The position numbers and the translations under genes were made by a program. Of a stretch of DNA of 64,000 bases, positions 40,497 through 49,108 are shown in pieces. Each line of letters starts with the position of its first letter. Position 1 is the first letter of the stretch. This DNA comes from Staphylococcus sp. CAG:324 (lineage in GTDB: Bacteria > Bacillota_I > Bacilli_A > ML615J-28 > CAG-313): the NCBI GenBank assembly GCA_000433035.1, contig FR890815.1, positions 85,800 to 149,799 of the forward strand. The letters run 5' to 3'. The notes under the pieces were generated by a model that was given only the letters and a program-made list of their open reading frames with translations, was not told the DNA's origin and did no database searches.

Positions 40497-40694
40497 ATGA
40501 ATAAAGTTGGTTTAGCTTTAATTTGCTTTTTTCTTGGAGGTTTAGGCATTCACCGTTTTCTTGTTGGGAAAATAGGCACAGGCATTCTTTATTTATGCAC
40601 AGGTGGATTATTTGGCATTGGCGCTCTTGTAGATTTTATTATGATACTTTGTGGTAAATTTACAAGAAAAGATGGTTCACTAGTAGATAAATAA
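40497..40694 (+). CDS. TM2-domain small membrane protein
   Basis: 65 aa, two TM helices, GGLGIHRF motif typical of the TM2 family. Confidence 0.6.
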   Translation: MNKVGLALICFFLGGLGIHRFLVGKIGTGILYLCTGGLFGIGALVDFIMILCGKFTRKDGSLVDK

Positions 40695-40728
40695 GACGAA
40701 AAAGCAAAATTAAAAATTATAAAATGAT

Positions 40729-40780
40729 AAAAAGAAGTAGAATGAACGAGGTTCAATCGGTTCTACTTCTTTTATTTTTT
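40729..40780 (+). terminator. rho-independent terminator
   Basis: AAAAGAAGTAGAA...TTCTACTTCTTTT + T-run. Confidence 0.7.
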
Positions 40781-40809
40781 ATAAAAATAATTCATTTAAC
40801 TTGTTAGTT

Positions 40810-40842
40810 ATGACAAAATAAGTCATTCAAAAGATGTATAAT
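40810..40842 (+). promoter_or_regulatory. spoIIG-type promoter: -35-like ATGACA and TATAAT separated by 21 nt
   Basis: ATGACA 40810-40815, 21-nt spacer, TATAAT 40837-40842. TTTGTCA (0A-box-like, rc of TGACAAA) overlaps the -35. Confidence 0.4.
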
Positions 40843-40859
40843 ATTTATGGTGTTTAAAA

Positions 40860-41573
40860 ATGATCATCTATATCGATCTATTGATTTTATCAACAATTTT
40901 AGTAAATTTCGTTTTTATTAAAACAATTGCCTTAATTTTTAAAGAAAAATTATCTATGATAAGAGTCTCAATATCTTTAATATTATCTGTTTTGCTATTA
41001 CTTTTGTATTTTCTACCATATCAATTTTATTTTTTTATTCGCTATTTTATGGGGATTATTATTGGAATGATAGCATTTCAAAAAAGTGATATTAAACAAA
41101 AACTGATTAAAATTGTTATTTTCTATCTTTTAAATATGACTTTTATTGGCTGCTTAGTGGTTTTTGAAGTAAAAAGTATACTTCCTCTTATTTTAACAGT
41201 AGTCTATGTTGTTGTTTTATATTTAGTTCAAAATTATAAAGATCGTTTTAAAAAAGAAAATGAAAACTTATATGATATTCAATTAAATAAACGTACTTTA
41301 AAAGCTTATTTAGATACAGGGAATTTAGCTACCTATCAAAATATTCCCATTGTTTTTATAAAAAAGAAATTTTTGAATAATGAGTTTATTTTAGAAGGTA
41401 TGACCGCCATAAAGAGTATTTTTGAAGAAAAAAAAGTTCCTCTTTATAAAGGACCAACCCTCGAAGTTAAAAAAAAATTGTATCAAGTTTACTATGTTTT
41501 TGTTGATGAAATTGAGTATGACATCATTTTAAATAATTCAATAGGAGAATCTATTCATGATAAAACTAATTAA
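40860..41573 (+). CDS. spoIIGA: sigma-E processing aspartic peptidase SpoIIGA
   Basis: N-terminal multi-TM domain. C-terminal LDTGN (DTG aspartyl protease motif). Immediately upstream of pro-sigE. Confidence 0.6.
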   Translation: MIIYIDLLILSTILVNFVFIKTIALIFKEKLSMIRVSISLILSVLLLLLYFLPYQFYFFIRYFMGIIIGMIAFQKSDIKQKLIKIVIFYLLNMTFIGCLVVFEVKSILPLILTVVYVVVLYLVQNYKDRFKKENENLYDIQLNKRTLKAYLDTGNLATYQNIPIVFIKKKFLNNEFILEGMTAIKSIFEEKKVPLYKGPTLEVKKKLYQVYYVFVDEIEYDIILNNSIGESIHDKTN

Positions 41574-42270
41574 GAAACTATTAGATTTAATTTTTTTTAA
41601 AAATATTCAGTCACCTTGTTATTATATAAATAGTAATAATCTTTTGCCACAACCATTAGAAGAAGAAGAAGAAACACGCTTGCTTTTATTAGTAAAAGAT
41701 GGTGATATTGAAGCACGAAATACTTTGATTGAACATAATCTAAGATTAGTCATTTTTATTGCTAAAAAATTTGAATCAACAAAAATAAATATGGAAGATT
41801 TAATTAGCATTGGTTCTATGGGATTAATCAAAGGAATACAAACCTTTAAAATGGAGAAAAACATCAAACTGGCTACATATGCTTCACGCTGTATTGAAAA
41901 TGAAATTTTAATGTATTTAAGGAAAACCCAAAAAAGTCGCCAAGAGTATTCATTAGATGAAGTGTTAAGCATCGATTCCGAAGGAAATGAGATGATTTTA
42001 TCAGATATTATTGGCTCTAGTGAACCACTTGCTTTAACAAAACTTTCAGAAGAAGAAGATATTAGAAATTTATATTATGCTTTAGATAGATTGTCAAAAA
42101 GAGAAAGAGAAATTATTATTATGAGATATGGATTATTTGGAGTAGAGCCTCTTACCCAAAAAGAAGTAGCTGATAAGATGGGAATATCACAATCATACAT
42201 ATCTCGACTAGAAAAACGAATAATTGAAAAGATGCGTCAAGATATTGAACAATTAGTAAAAATCGCCTAA
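41557..42270 (+). CDS. sigE: sporulation sigma factor pro-sigma-E
   Basis: N-terminal pro-sequence. LRLVIFIAKKF, KLATYASRCIENEILMYLRK, GISQSYISRLEKRI. Near-identical blocks to B. subtilis SigE. Confidence 0.85.
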   Translation: MIKLIKKLLDLIFFKNIQSPCYYINSNNLLPQPLEEEEETRLLLLVKDGDIEARNTLIEHNLRLVIFIAKKFESTKINMEDLISIGSMGLIKGIQTFKMEKNIKLATYASRCIENEILMYLRKTQKSRQEYSLDEVLSIDSEGNEMILSDIIGSSEPLALTKLSEEEDIRNLYYALDRLSKREREIIIMRYGLFGVEPLTQKEVADKMGISQSYISRLEKRIIEKMRQDIEQLVKIA

Positions 42271-42318
42271 TATTTTTCATCCTATAATTTGCTTCATTTT
42301 ATAAAATAATAAAAAAAT

Positions 42319-42348
42319 GCATAAAATCATCAATAATTACGCATACTT
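42319..42348 (+). promoter_or_regulatory. candidate forespore (sigma-F/G) type promoter upstream of sigG
   Basis: GCATA (42319-42323), 18 nt, CATACTT (42342-42348). Compare sigma-G consensus GHATR-18-CATnnTA. Confidence 0.35.
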
Positions 42349-42366
42349 TATTTGGAGGGTGAATTT

Positions 42367-43143
42367 ATGCGTAATAAAGTAGAAATTACGGGGGTAAATA
42401 CTTTAGAACTAAAAGTGCTACCACCAGAAGAAACAATGATGTTAATCAAAGAAAGTCAAAATGGTGATTATGAGGCTCGAGATAGACTAGTGGAAGGTAA
42501 TATTAAACTAGTTTTAAGCGTAATCAAAAAATTTAATAACAGAGGGGTAGACCTAGATGATCTATTTCAAGTAGGAGCGATGGGATTAATTAAAGCAATT
42601 GATAACTTTGATTTTTCACATGGAGTTAAATTTTCAACTTATGCGGTACCGATGATTGTTGGTGAAATTAGAAGATACTTAAGAGACAATTCGGTAGTTC
42701 GAATTAGTAGATCCATTAAAGATACAGCTTACAGAGCTCTTCAATATAAAGAAAAATATTTTATGGAAAGTGGTAAGGAACCAACAATTGAGGAAATGGC
42801 AGAGTATCTTGGTGTTGATACAATTGATATTGTTATTGCTTTAGAAGCTGTTCAGGAACCCGTTTCTATTTATACACCAATTTATAATAATGGTGGTGAT
42901 GAAATTTATTTAATTGATCAAATAGCAGACAATGCGGAAAGCGAAGAAACCAAACTCAATAAAATGATTATTGAAGAAGGAATTGCTAAATTAAATGATC
43001 GATTAAAGGGAATTATTTATAGTAGGTATTATGACAATAAGACACAAATGGAAATTGCAGAAGAATTAGGAATATCACAAGCACAAGTTTCTAGACTTGA
43101 AAAGAGTGCTTTAAAAATGATTTTCGATTTAAAAGAAAAATAA
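42367..43143 (+). CDS. sigG: sporulation sigma factor sigma-G
   Basis: MRNKVEITGV..LVLSVIKKFNNRG..FSTYAVPMIVGEIRRYLRDN..GISQAQVSRLEK. Start at ATG 42367 (GGAGGGTG RBS). Confidence 0.9.
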   Translation: MRNKVEITGVNTLELKVLPPEETMMLIKESQNGDYEARDRLVEGNIKLVLSVIKKFNNRGVDLDDLFQVGAMGLIKAIDNFDFSHGVKFSTYAVPMIVGEIRRYLRDNSVVRISRSIKDTAYRALQYKEKYFMESGKEPTIEEMAEYLGVDTIDIVIALEAVQEPVSIYTPIYNNGGDEIYLIDQIADNAESEETKLNKMIIEEGIAKLNDRLKGIIYSRYYDNKTQMEIAEELGISQAQVSRLEKSALKMIFDLKEK

Positions 43144-43173
43144 ATGCTATTTTAAATAGCATTTTTATTTTTT
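43142..43173 (+). terminator. rho-independent terminator
   Basis: AAATGCTATTT TAA AAATAGCATTT + TTTATTTTTT. Confidence 0.7.
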
Positions 43174-43215
43174 GTAGTATAATATATAAAATTAAACAAA
43201 TGGAGGATAAAGATA

Positions 43216-43758
43216 ATGTTTAAGATGACAACGAAACGACTTGCAATTCTTTCAATTTTATTGGCTTTGGGTGTAGTATTTAAATCGGTTTTTTCCATTG
43301 GTGATGGTGAATTTAGAATTAGTTTTTTTGATATTCCTTTGTTTCTTGCCGGAATGATTGCAGGACCATTTTATGGTGGACTTGTGGCTTTAGGAACTGA
43401 TTTAATATATGGTTTGTGCTTTTCACCTTATCCTTTTTCTTTTATTATGATGTTTACAACTATTATTTGGGGTGTAAGTGGTGGACTTTTTTATAAAAAA
43501 CCTTATGACAATTTACTTTCTTTATTTATTGTAGTTTTAGCTACATCGTTGATTGCAACTGCGATTAATTCCATCTATTTAGTAATCCATTTTGGTTTTG
43601 CTTCTATGCTTGCCAAACTACCTTTAAGAATTGTTGCTCTTTTTTGTAAATGGCCTGTTACAACCGGTTTGATTAATTTAGTGTACACTAAAGTTTTTGA
43701 AACAAAAATGGAAAACGTTTGGCAATTCAAAAAACTAGAAAAGACGATTAAAAAGTAG
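43216..43758 (+). CDS. ECF-transporter S-component-like membrane protein (substrate unknown)
   Basis: 180 aa, ~5-6 TM. Size and topology typical of ECF S components. Assignment tentative. Confidence 0.4.
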   Translation: MFKMTTKRLAILSILLALGVVFKSVFSIGDGEFRISFFDIPLFLAGMIAGPFYGGLVALGTDLIYGLCFSPYPFSFIMMFTTIIWGVSGGLFYKKPYDNLLSLFIVVLATSLIATAINSIYLVIHFGFASMLAKLPLRIVALFCKWPVTTGLINLVYTKVFETKMENVWQFKKLEKTIKK

Positions 43759-43805
43759 TATAATACAAGTATGAAAGATAGGTATAAAAATTTAAGAGGT
43801 ATAAA

Positions 43806-45335
43806 ATGAGTCAAAAAAAATTAGTAATGTTAGTTATTATGGATGGGTATGGTATTAGAGAAAATCCCGATGGTAATGCTATAGTTGCAGCTAAGAAACC
43901 TAATCTAGATAAACTCTTTCAAAAATATCCGCATACAATTATTGGTGCCTCAGGTGAGGCTGTCGGTCTTCCTGATGGTCAGATGGGAAATAGTGAAGTG
44001 GGTCACTTAAATATTGGTGCAGGAAGAGTTGTTTTTCAGTCATTGACAAGAGTAAATATTGCTTGTCGTGATCAAATATTAGATCAAGTTGAGGCAATTG
44101 ATAAGGCAATTCATCATGCTATTGAAAATCATTCTTCTCTTCATATTATGGGATTGATGTCAGATGGTGGTGTCCACTCTCATATTGATCATATTGTATA
44201 TTTAATGAATAAAGCGGTTCAACGCGGTGTAAAAAAGGTATATGTTCACTCCTTTTTAGATGGAAGAGATGTGCCTCCCACTTCAGCAAAAACTTATTTG
44301 ACCTATCTTGATCAACAACGTGTAAAAGGGGTTGAATTAGGGGTTGTTAGTGGTCGATATTATGCAATGGATCGCGATAAAAATTATGATCGAATTCAAC
44401 TTGCCTATGATGCTTTAGTTAGGGGTGAGGCTCCGATAAAAGGTTTGCTTGAAGGAATTGATGAAAGTTATCAAAATAATATCACTGATGAATTTGTTAA
44501 ACCATATATTGTAACTAAAGATTCCCATATAAAGGAAAATGATGCGGTGATACATGCTAATTTTAGACCAGATCGAGCAATTCAAATGAGTATTGCTATT
44601 ACTAATCCAACCTATGCTAGAAGCGAAAAATCAGTATTAAAAAATTACATAGAATTTAAAAATATAGATTTTGTGCAAATGATGCTGTATTCAGAACTTG
44701 TCAAAGGCGATATTGCTTTTGGTCTTCAAGAGTTAAATAATATGTATGGTGATGTCATTGCAAATCATGGGTTAAAACAATTGAGAATTGCGGAAACGGA
44801 AAAATATGCGCATGTAACGTACTTTTTTGATGGAGGAATTGATAAGGAACTAGAAGGTGCCGATCGTATTTTAGTACCATCACCACTGGTTGCAACATAT
44901 GATTTACAACCACAAATGAGTGCATATGAGGTTACGGAAAAAGTTGTTGCTGCCATTAAAGAAGAAAAATATGATACTATTATTTTAAATTATGCAAATT
45001 GTGATATGGTAGGGCATACTGCTGTGTTTGATGCAGCAGTGAAAGCGGTCGAAACTGTTGATGAATGTATTGGTAAAGTATATGAGGCTGTAAAAGGGGT
45101 TGGTGGAACTTTAATTATTACTGCAGATCATGGTAATGCCGATGAAATTTGGGATGAAAATCATAAGCCATTTTCCGCACACACTACCTCACCAGTACCA
45201 TTTTTGATTACTAATGAACGAATTACATTAAGAAAAACGGGAAATCTAGGAGATATTGCTCCAACAATGCTTGAATTATTAGAAATAGAGAAACCTATTC
45301 AAATGACGGGAAAAAGTATGATTCTTAAAAAATAA
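43806..45335 (+). CDS. gpmI: 2,3-bisphosphoglycerate-independent phosphoglycerate mutase
   Basis: IMDGYG..GNSEVGHLNIGAGR. 509 aa. Catalytic Ser region conserved. Confidence 0.9.
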   Translation: MSQKKLVMLVIMDGYGIRENPDGNAIVAAKKPNLDKLFQKYPHTIIGASGEAVGLPDGQMGNSEVGHLNIGAGRVVFQSLTRVNIACRDQILDQVEAIDKAIHHAIENHSSLHIMGLMSDGGVHSHIDHIVYLMNKAVQRGVKKVYVHSFLDGRDVPPTSAKTYLTYLDQQRVKGVELGVVSGRYYAMDRDKNYDRIQLAYDALVRGEAPIKGLLEGIDESYQNNITDEFVKPYIVTKDSHIKENDAVIHANFRPDRAIQMSIAITNPTYARSEKSVLKNYIEFKNIDFVQMMLYSELVKGDIAFGLQELNNMYGDVIANHGLKQLRIAETEKYAHVTYFFDGGIDKELEGADRILVPSPLVATYDLQPQMSAYEVTEKVVAAIKEEKYDTIILNYANCDMVGHTAVFDAAVKAVETVDECIGKVYEAVKGVGGTLIITADHGNADEIWDENHKPFSAHTTSPVPFLITNERITLRKTGNLGDIAPTMLELLEIEKPIQMTGKSMILKK

Positions 45336-45357
45336 ATATTGTTTTGAGGATAAGAAT

Positions 45358-46257
45358 ATGAATCAAAAAACTATTTTAAAAAAATCTGATAAAATTAGAA
45401 TATTTTTAAATTCCCCTTTTATGCTTATTTTATCTATTCTTTTATCAATTGGTATTTTTATGAATACGATTCATATTTTGATTTCTTCTAAACAATTATT
45501 TGTTGATTTGTTAGGTATGATTTTCCCTATCCTTTTTTGTATTGGTATATGGTTATCTTATTTTCAAAATGATACGATATATAATCCAAAAGGATTAAAA
45601 TTGTTAAAGGTGGTCACTACTTTAAAACTATTTATTACAATATTGATAGTTATTTTGGTTCTATTTGTGTTGTTGCCAATTGTGTATTTATCTATCCATC
45701 TGGATAGTAGTGCTTTCATTCTTAGCAGTATTTTACTTTTTATAGTTGTATTTATTTTTGGTATTCATATAGGTTTTCTTTTTCTGTTAAAAAAATTTCT
45801 AAATATAGTGATTGATATTGAAAAAGAAGAGCAAAGCATACTTAAAGAATCCGTAATATATCTAAATGCTATATGTTGTTTTTCTATTGCTTTGATATAT
45901 ATTATTAATATTGTTTTGTATTTCATTTTAAATGATATAAGTATAGATGAACAATGGATTAACCTTTTTAACAAAACGGGATTATTTGATAATCGATTAT
46001 TTCCAACTATTATTTTAATATGTATCTATATTGATTTAGGTATTTTATGTATTGCTTTCAATACATATCTAAATCATAGTTATTACAATGTTAGTTTAGA
46101 TAACATTGAAGTTCAACAAACTATGACAAAAGAAAGTTATGAAAATACTTTAAAAAAGCAACAACATATGAGGGAAAAATTAATATACATTTTAAAACTT
46201 ATGATTCCTATAATATTATTTATTGGAATCATAATTGCAGTATTATTATTTTCATAA
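45358..46257 (+). CDS. hypothetical polytopic membrane protein
   Basis: 299 aa, multiple TM helices, no motif recognised. Confidence 0.45.
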   Translation: MNQKTILKKSDKIRIFLNSPFMLILSILLSIGIFMNTIHILISSKQLFVDLLGMIFPILFCIGIWLSYFQNDTIYNPKGLKLLKVVTTLKLFITILIVILVLFVLLPIVYLSIHLDSSAFILSSILLFIVVFIFGIHIGFLFLLKKFLNIVIDIEKEEQSILKESVIYLNAICCFSIALIYIINIVLYFILNDISIDEQWINLFNKTGLFDNRLFPTIILICIYIDLGILCIAFNTYLNHSYYNVSLDNIEVQQTMTKESYENTLKKQQHMREKLIYILKLMIPIILFIGIIIAVLLFS

Positions 46258-46387
46258 AAAGGAAATATAATTGTATGAGTAAAAAAATGAATGCAATTAT
46301 ATTTTTTATTTTTACTTGTTGGTGTAAAATATAGAAAAAGGGTATAAAATAATAAAAGGGATTTATGAAAAGTAGGAGAATATAAAA

Positions 46388-47143
46388 ATGACAAAAAAAG
46401 AATATAGGTTAAAGAAAAAAGAATGGAAACAAATTTATAAACAAAATAAAAAAAGTCTTAAAAAACAATACCAAATAGGTAAAAAAACCTTAAATACCTA
46501 TGAGGTTATACCAAATATGCCACATCGTTCAATTATTGAAGAAATTGGTAATTCGGTTACGCATGGACTGGGTGCTATTTTTTCGGTTGTTTCATATATT
46601 TTGATGCTTCTTGCATCTGATACATCAAAAGAATATATTGGTGCTAGTATTTATTTTATTGGGCTTTTTTTCATGTTTATCATGAGCTGCTTATATCATG
46701 CATTTCCATATCAAAGTATGGTAAAAAGAGTTTTTCGTAGGTTTGATTATTCATCCATTTATTTATTGATTGGAGCAACATTTGCGCCGATCTTACTATG
46801 CTATATTGGTGGTATCAAAGGATTGATTTTTTTAATTGTACAATGGGTTATAATAGGAATAGGAATTACTTTGATTGCTATTTTTGGACCATCGAAATTG
46901 AAATATATACATTTTCCCCTTTATTTTCTTTTAGGATGGAGCGGTTTATTCTTTTTGCCTCAAATGTTTTCTAATAATTTTGCTTTTTTTATGTTGATTT
47001 TATCAGGAGGAATAACTTATTCTTTAGGAATTATTCCTTTTATAATTGATAAAAAAGTATCTCACTTCATTTGGCACTTTTTTGTGATTGCGGGAGCCGT
47101 CATTCAGTGGATAGGTATTTATATATATATTTATTTAAAATAA
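46388..47143 (+). CDS. hemolysin-III / PAQR family membrane protein
   Basis: 7-TM. HGLGAIF.., YHAFPYQS, FRRFDYSSIY, conserved His positions typical of the HlyIII family. True start may be an internal Met. Confidence 0.65.
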   Translation: MTKKEYRLKKKEWKQIYKQNKKSLKKQYQIGKKTLNTYEVIPNMPHRSIIEEIGNSVTHGLGAIFSVVSYILMLLASDTSKEYIGASIYFIGLFFMFIMSCLYHAFPYQSMVKRVFRRFDYSSIYLLIGATFAPILLCYIGGIKGLIFLIVQWVIIGIGITLIAIFGPSKLKYIHFPLYFLLGWSGLFFLPQMFSNNFAFFMLILSGGITYSLGIIPFIIDKKVSHFIWHFFVIAGAVIQWIGIYIYIYLK

Positions 47144-47236
47144 AAATAAATAAAAAATCTTAATATTTGCGAAAAAGTTGAATTTCGTTTATAATATATA
47201 TGGTTAAAATTTAAGAATTGAAAAGGAGAAGAAAAC

Positions 47237-47929
47237 ATGAACTATACAAATGAAGTAAAAGAGATGTGTAGTGTTAAGGTTGGTGCAAGTCATGGATGTG
47301 CTCCTATTCCTCAAGAAGGTAAATGGACATATTCTCGCGAAATTAAAGACATCAACGGATTTACACATGGTATTGGTTGGTGTGCTCCTCAACAAGGTGC
47401 ATGTAAACTAACATTAAATGTTAAAAATGGCATTATTGAAGAGGCTTTAGTAGAAACAATTGGGTGTTCTGGTATGACACATTCAGCAGCGATGGCAAGT
47501 GAAGCAATTGTTGGTAAAACGGTTTTAGAAGCTGTAAATACTGACCTTGTTTGTGATGCAATTAATACAGCAATGCGCGAATTATTTTTACAAATTATTT
47601 ATGGTCGTACACAATCGGCTTTTTCTGAAGAAGGACTTTCTATCGGTGCAGGATTAGAAGATTTAGGAAAAGGATTAAGAAGTCAAGTAGGAACAGCCTA
47701 TAGCACAAAACTAAAAGGACCTCGTTATCTTGAACTTGCTGAAGGATATGTAACTCGCTTAGCTCTTGATGATAAAAATCAAATAATTGGTTATGAATAT
47801 TTGCATTTAGGTAAATTTACTGACTTCTTAAAGAAGGGGATGAATGCTGATGATGCTTTAAAGAAAGCAACAGGTACATATGGTAGATTTGCAGAAGGAT
47901 CAAAATATATTGATCCACGTTATGAATAG
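47237..47929 (+). CDS. NifU/IscU-like domain protein (partner of GGGtGRT protein)
   Basis: IGCSGMTHSAAMASEAIVGKTVLEA resembles the IscU GC(G/S)..A.SS..TE...GK...EA block. Cys-rich N-term. Confidence 0.55.
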   Translation: MNYTNEVKEMCSVKVGASHGCAPIPQEGKWTYSREIKDINGFTHGIGWCAPQQGACKLTLNVKNGIIEEALVETIGCSGMTHSAAMASEAIVGKTVLEAVNTDLVCDAINTAMRELFLQIIYGRTQSAFSEEGLSIGAGLEDLGKGLRSQVGTAYSTKLKGPRYLELAEGYVTRLALDDKNQIIGYEYLHLGKFTDFLKKGMNADDALKKATGTYGRFAEGSKYIDPRYE

Positions 47930-47943
47930 GAGGCATACTTATA

Positions 47944-48945
47944 ATGGCATTATTTGAAAACTATGAAAGAAGAATTGAACAAATAAATAAAGCATTAAAA
48001 GAAAATGGTATTGCATCAATTGAAGAAGCAAAAGAAATCTGCGATAAAGCTGGTGTGGATGCCTATAATATTGTAAAAGGTATTCAGCCTATTTGTTTTG
48101 AAAATGCATGTTGGGCATATACAGTAGGCGCTGCTATTGCACTTAAAAATAAAGCTACATCAGCAAGTGATGCCGCAAAATATATTGGTGTTGGTTTACA
48201 ATCATTTTGTATTCCAGGATCAGTTGCTGATGATCGTAAAGTAGGTCTTGGACATGGTAATCTTGGCGCAATGTTACTATCAGAAGAAACAAAATGTTTT
48301 GCTTTTTTAGCAGGTCATGAATCATTTGCCGCAGCTGAAGGAGCAATTGGAATTGCCAAAACAGCAAATAAGGTAAGAAAAGAACCGCTTCGTGTGATTT
48401 TAAATGGTCTTGGTAAAGATGCTGCGAAAATCATTTCTCGTATTAATGGGTTTACTCATGTTGAAACTACTTTTGACTATAAAACAGGAAAACTTCATGA
48501 AGTTTCTCGCACGGCTTATTCTAATGGTGAAAGAGCATTAGTGAATTGTTATGGAGCCGATGATGTTCGTGAAGGTGTTGCAATTATGCATTATGAAGGA
48601 GTTGATGTATCCATTACGGGTAATTCAACAAATCCTACTCGTTTCCAACATCCGGTTGCGGGTACTTATAAAAAAGAATGTGTTGAAATGGGCAAAAAAT
48701 ATTTTTCAGTTGCCTCAGGTGGTGGAACTGGTCGTACACTTCATCCAGATAATATGGCAGCAGGGCCTGCTTCATATGGCTTTACAGATACTCTTGGTAG
48801 AATGCATTCTGATGCTCAATTTGCGGGATCATCTTCTGTTCCTGCCCATGTTGAAATGATGGGATTAATTGGAATGGGAAATAATCCAATGGTTGGTGCT
48901 ACGGTTGCGGTTGCGGTGGCCGTTTCTCAAGCCTTAACAAAATAG
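47944..48945 (+). CDS. GGGtGRT-motif family protein (uncharacterised)
   Basis: Contains VASGGGTGRTLHPD. 333 aa. Gly-rich. Confidence 0.6.
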   Translation: MALFENYERRIEQINKALKENGIASIEEAKEICDKAGVDAYNIVKGIQPICFENACWAYTVGAAIALKNKATSASDAAKYIGVGLQSFCIPGSVADDRKVGLGHGNLGAMLLSEETKCFAFLAGHESFAAAEGAIGIAKTANKVRKEPLRVILNGLGKDAAKIISRINGFTHVETTFDYKTGKLHEVSRTAYSNGERALVNCYGADDVREGVAIMHYEGVDVSITGNSTNPTRFQHPVAGTYKKECVEMGKKYFSVASGGGTGRTLHPDNMAAGPASYGFTDTLGRMHSDAQFAGSSSVPAHVEMMGLIGMGNNPMVGATVAVAVAVSQALTK

Positions 48946-48949
48946 ATAT

Positions 48950-48986
48950 GAAAAAATATGATATTGAAAAGATATCATATTTTTTT
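48950..48986 (+). terminator. rho-independent terminator
   Basis: AAAAAATATGATAT...ATATCATATTTTTTT. Confidence 0.7.
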
Positions 48987-49045
48987 GTTATGGTAGATTC
49001 AAATATAGAATAAATTATTATTTTTTAAAAAAATTAAAAATATAG

Positions 49046-49074
49046 TTGAATTTAATTTTTTTAAATGTTATAAT
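49046..49074 (+). promoter_or_regulatory. sigma-A type promoter of lipoprotein gene
   Basis: TTGAAT, 17 nt, TGTTATAAT (extended -10). Confidence 0.45.
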
Positions 49075-49108
49075 CTATTATAAATTAAATAAGATAGGAA
49101 GGGAAAAA

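Noticed and set aside
48551-48859. 102-aa + strand ORF overlapping the GGGtGRT gene in another frame
   Set aside because: Alternative-frame artefact inside a well-supported CDS.
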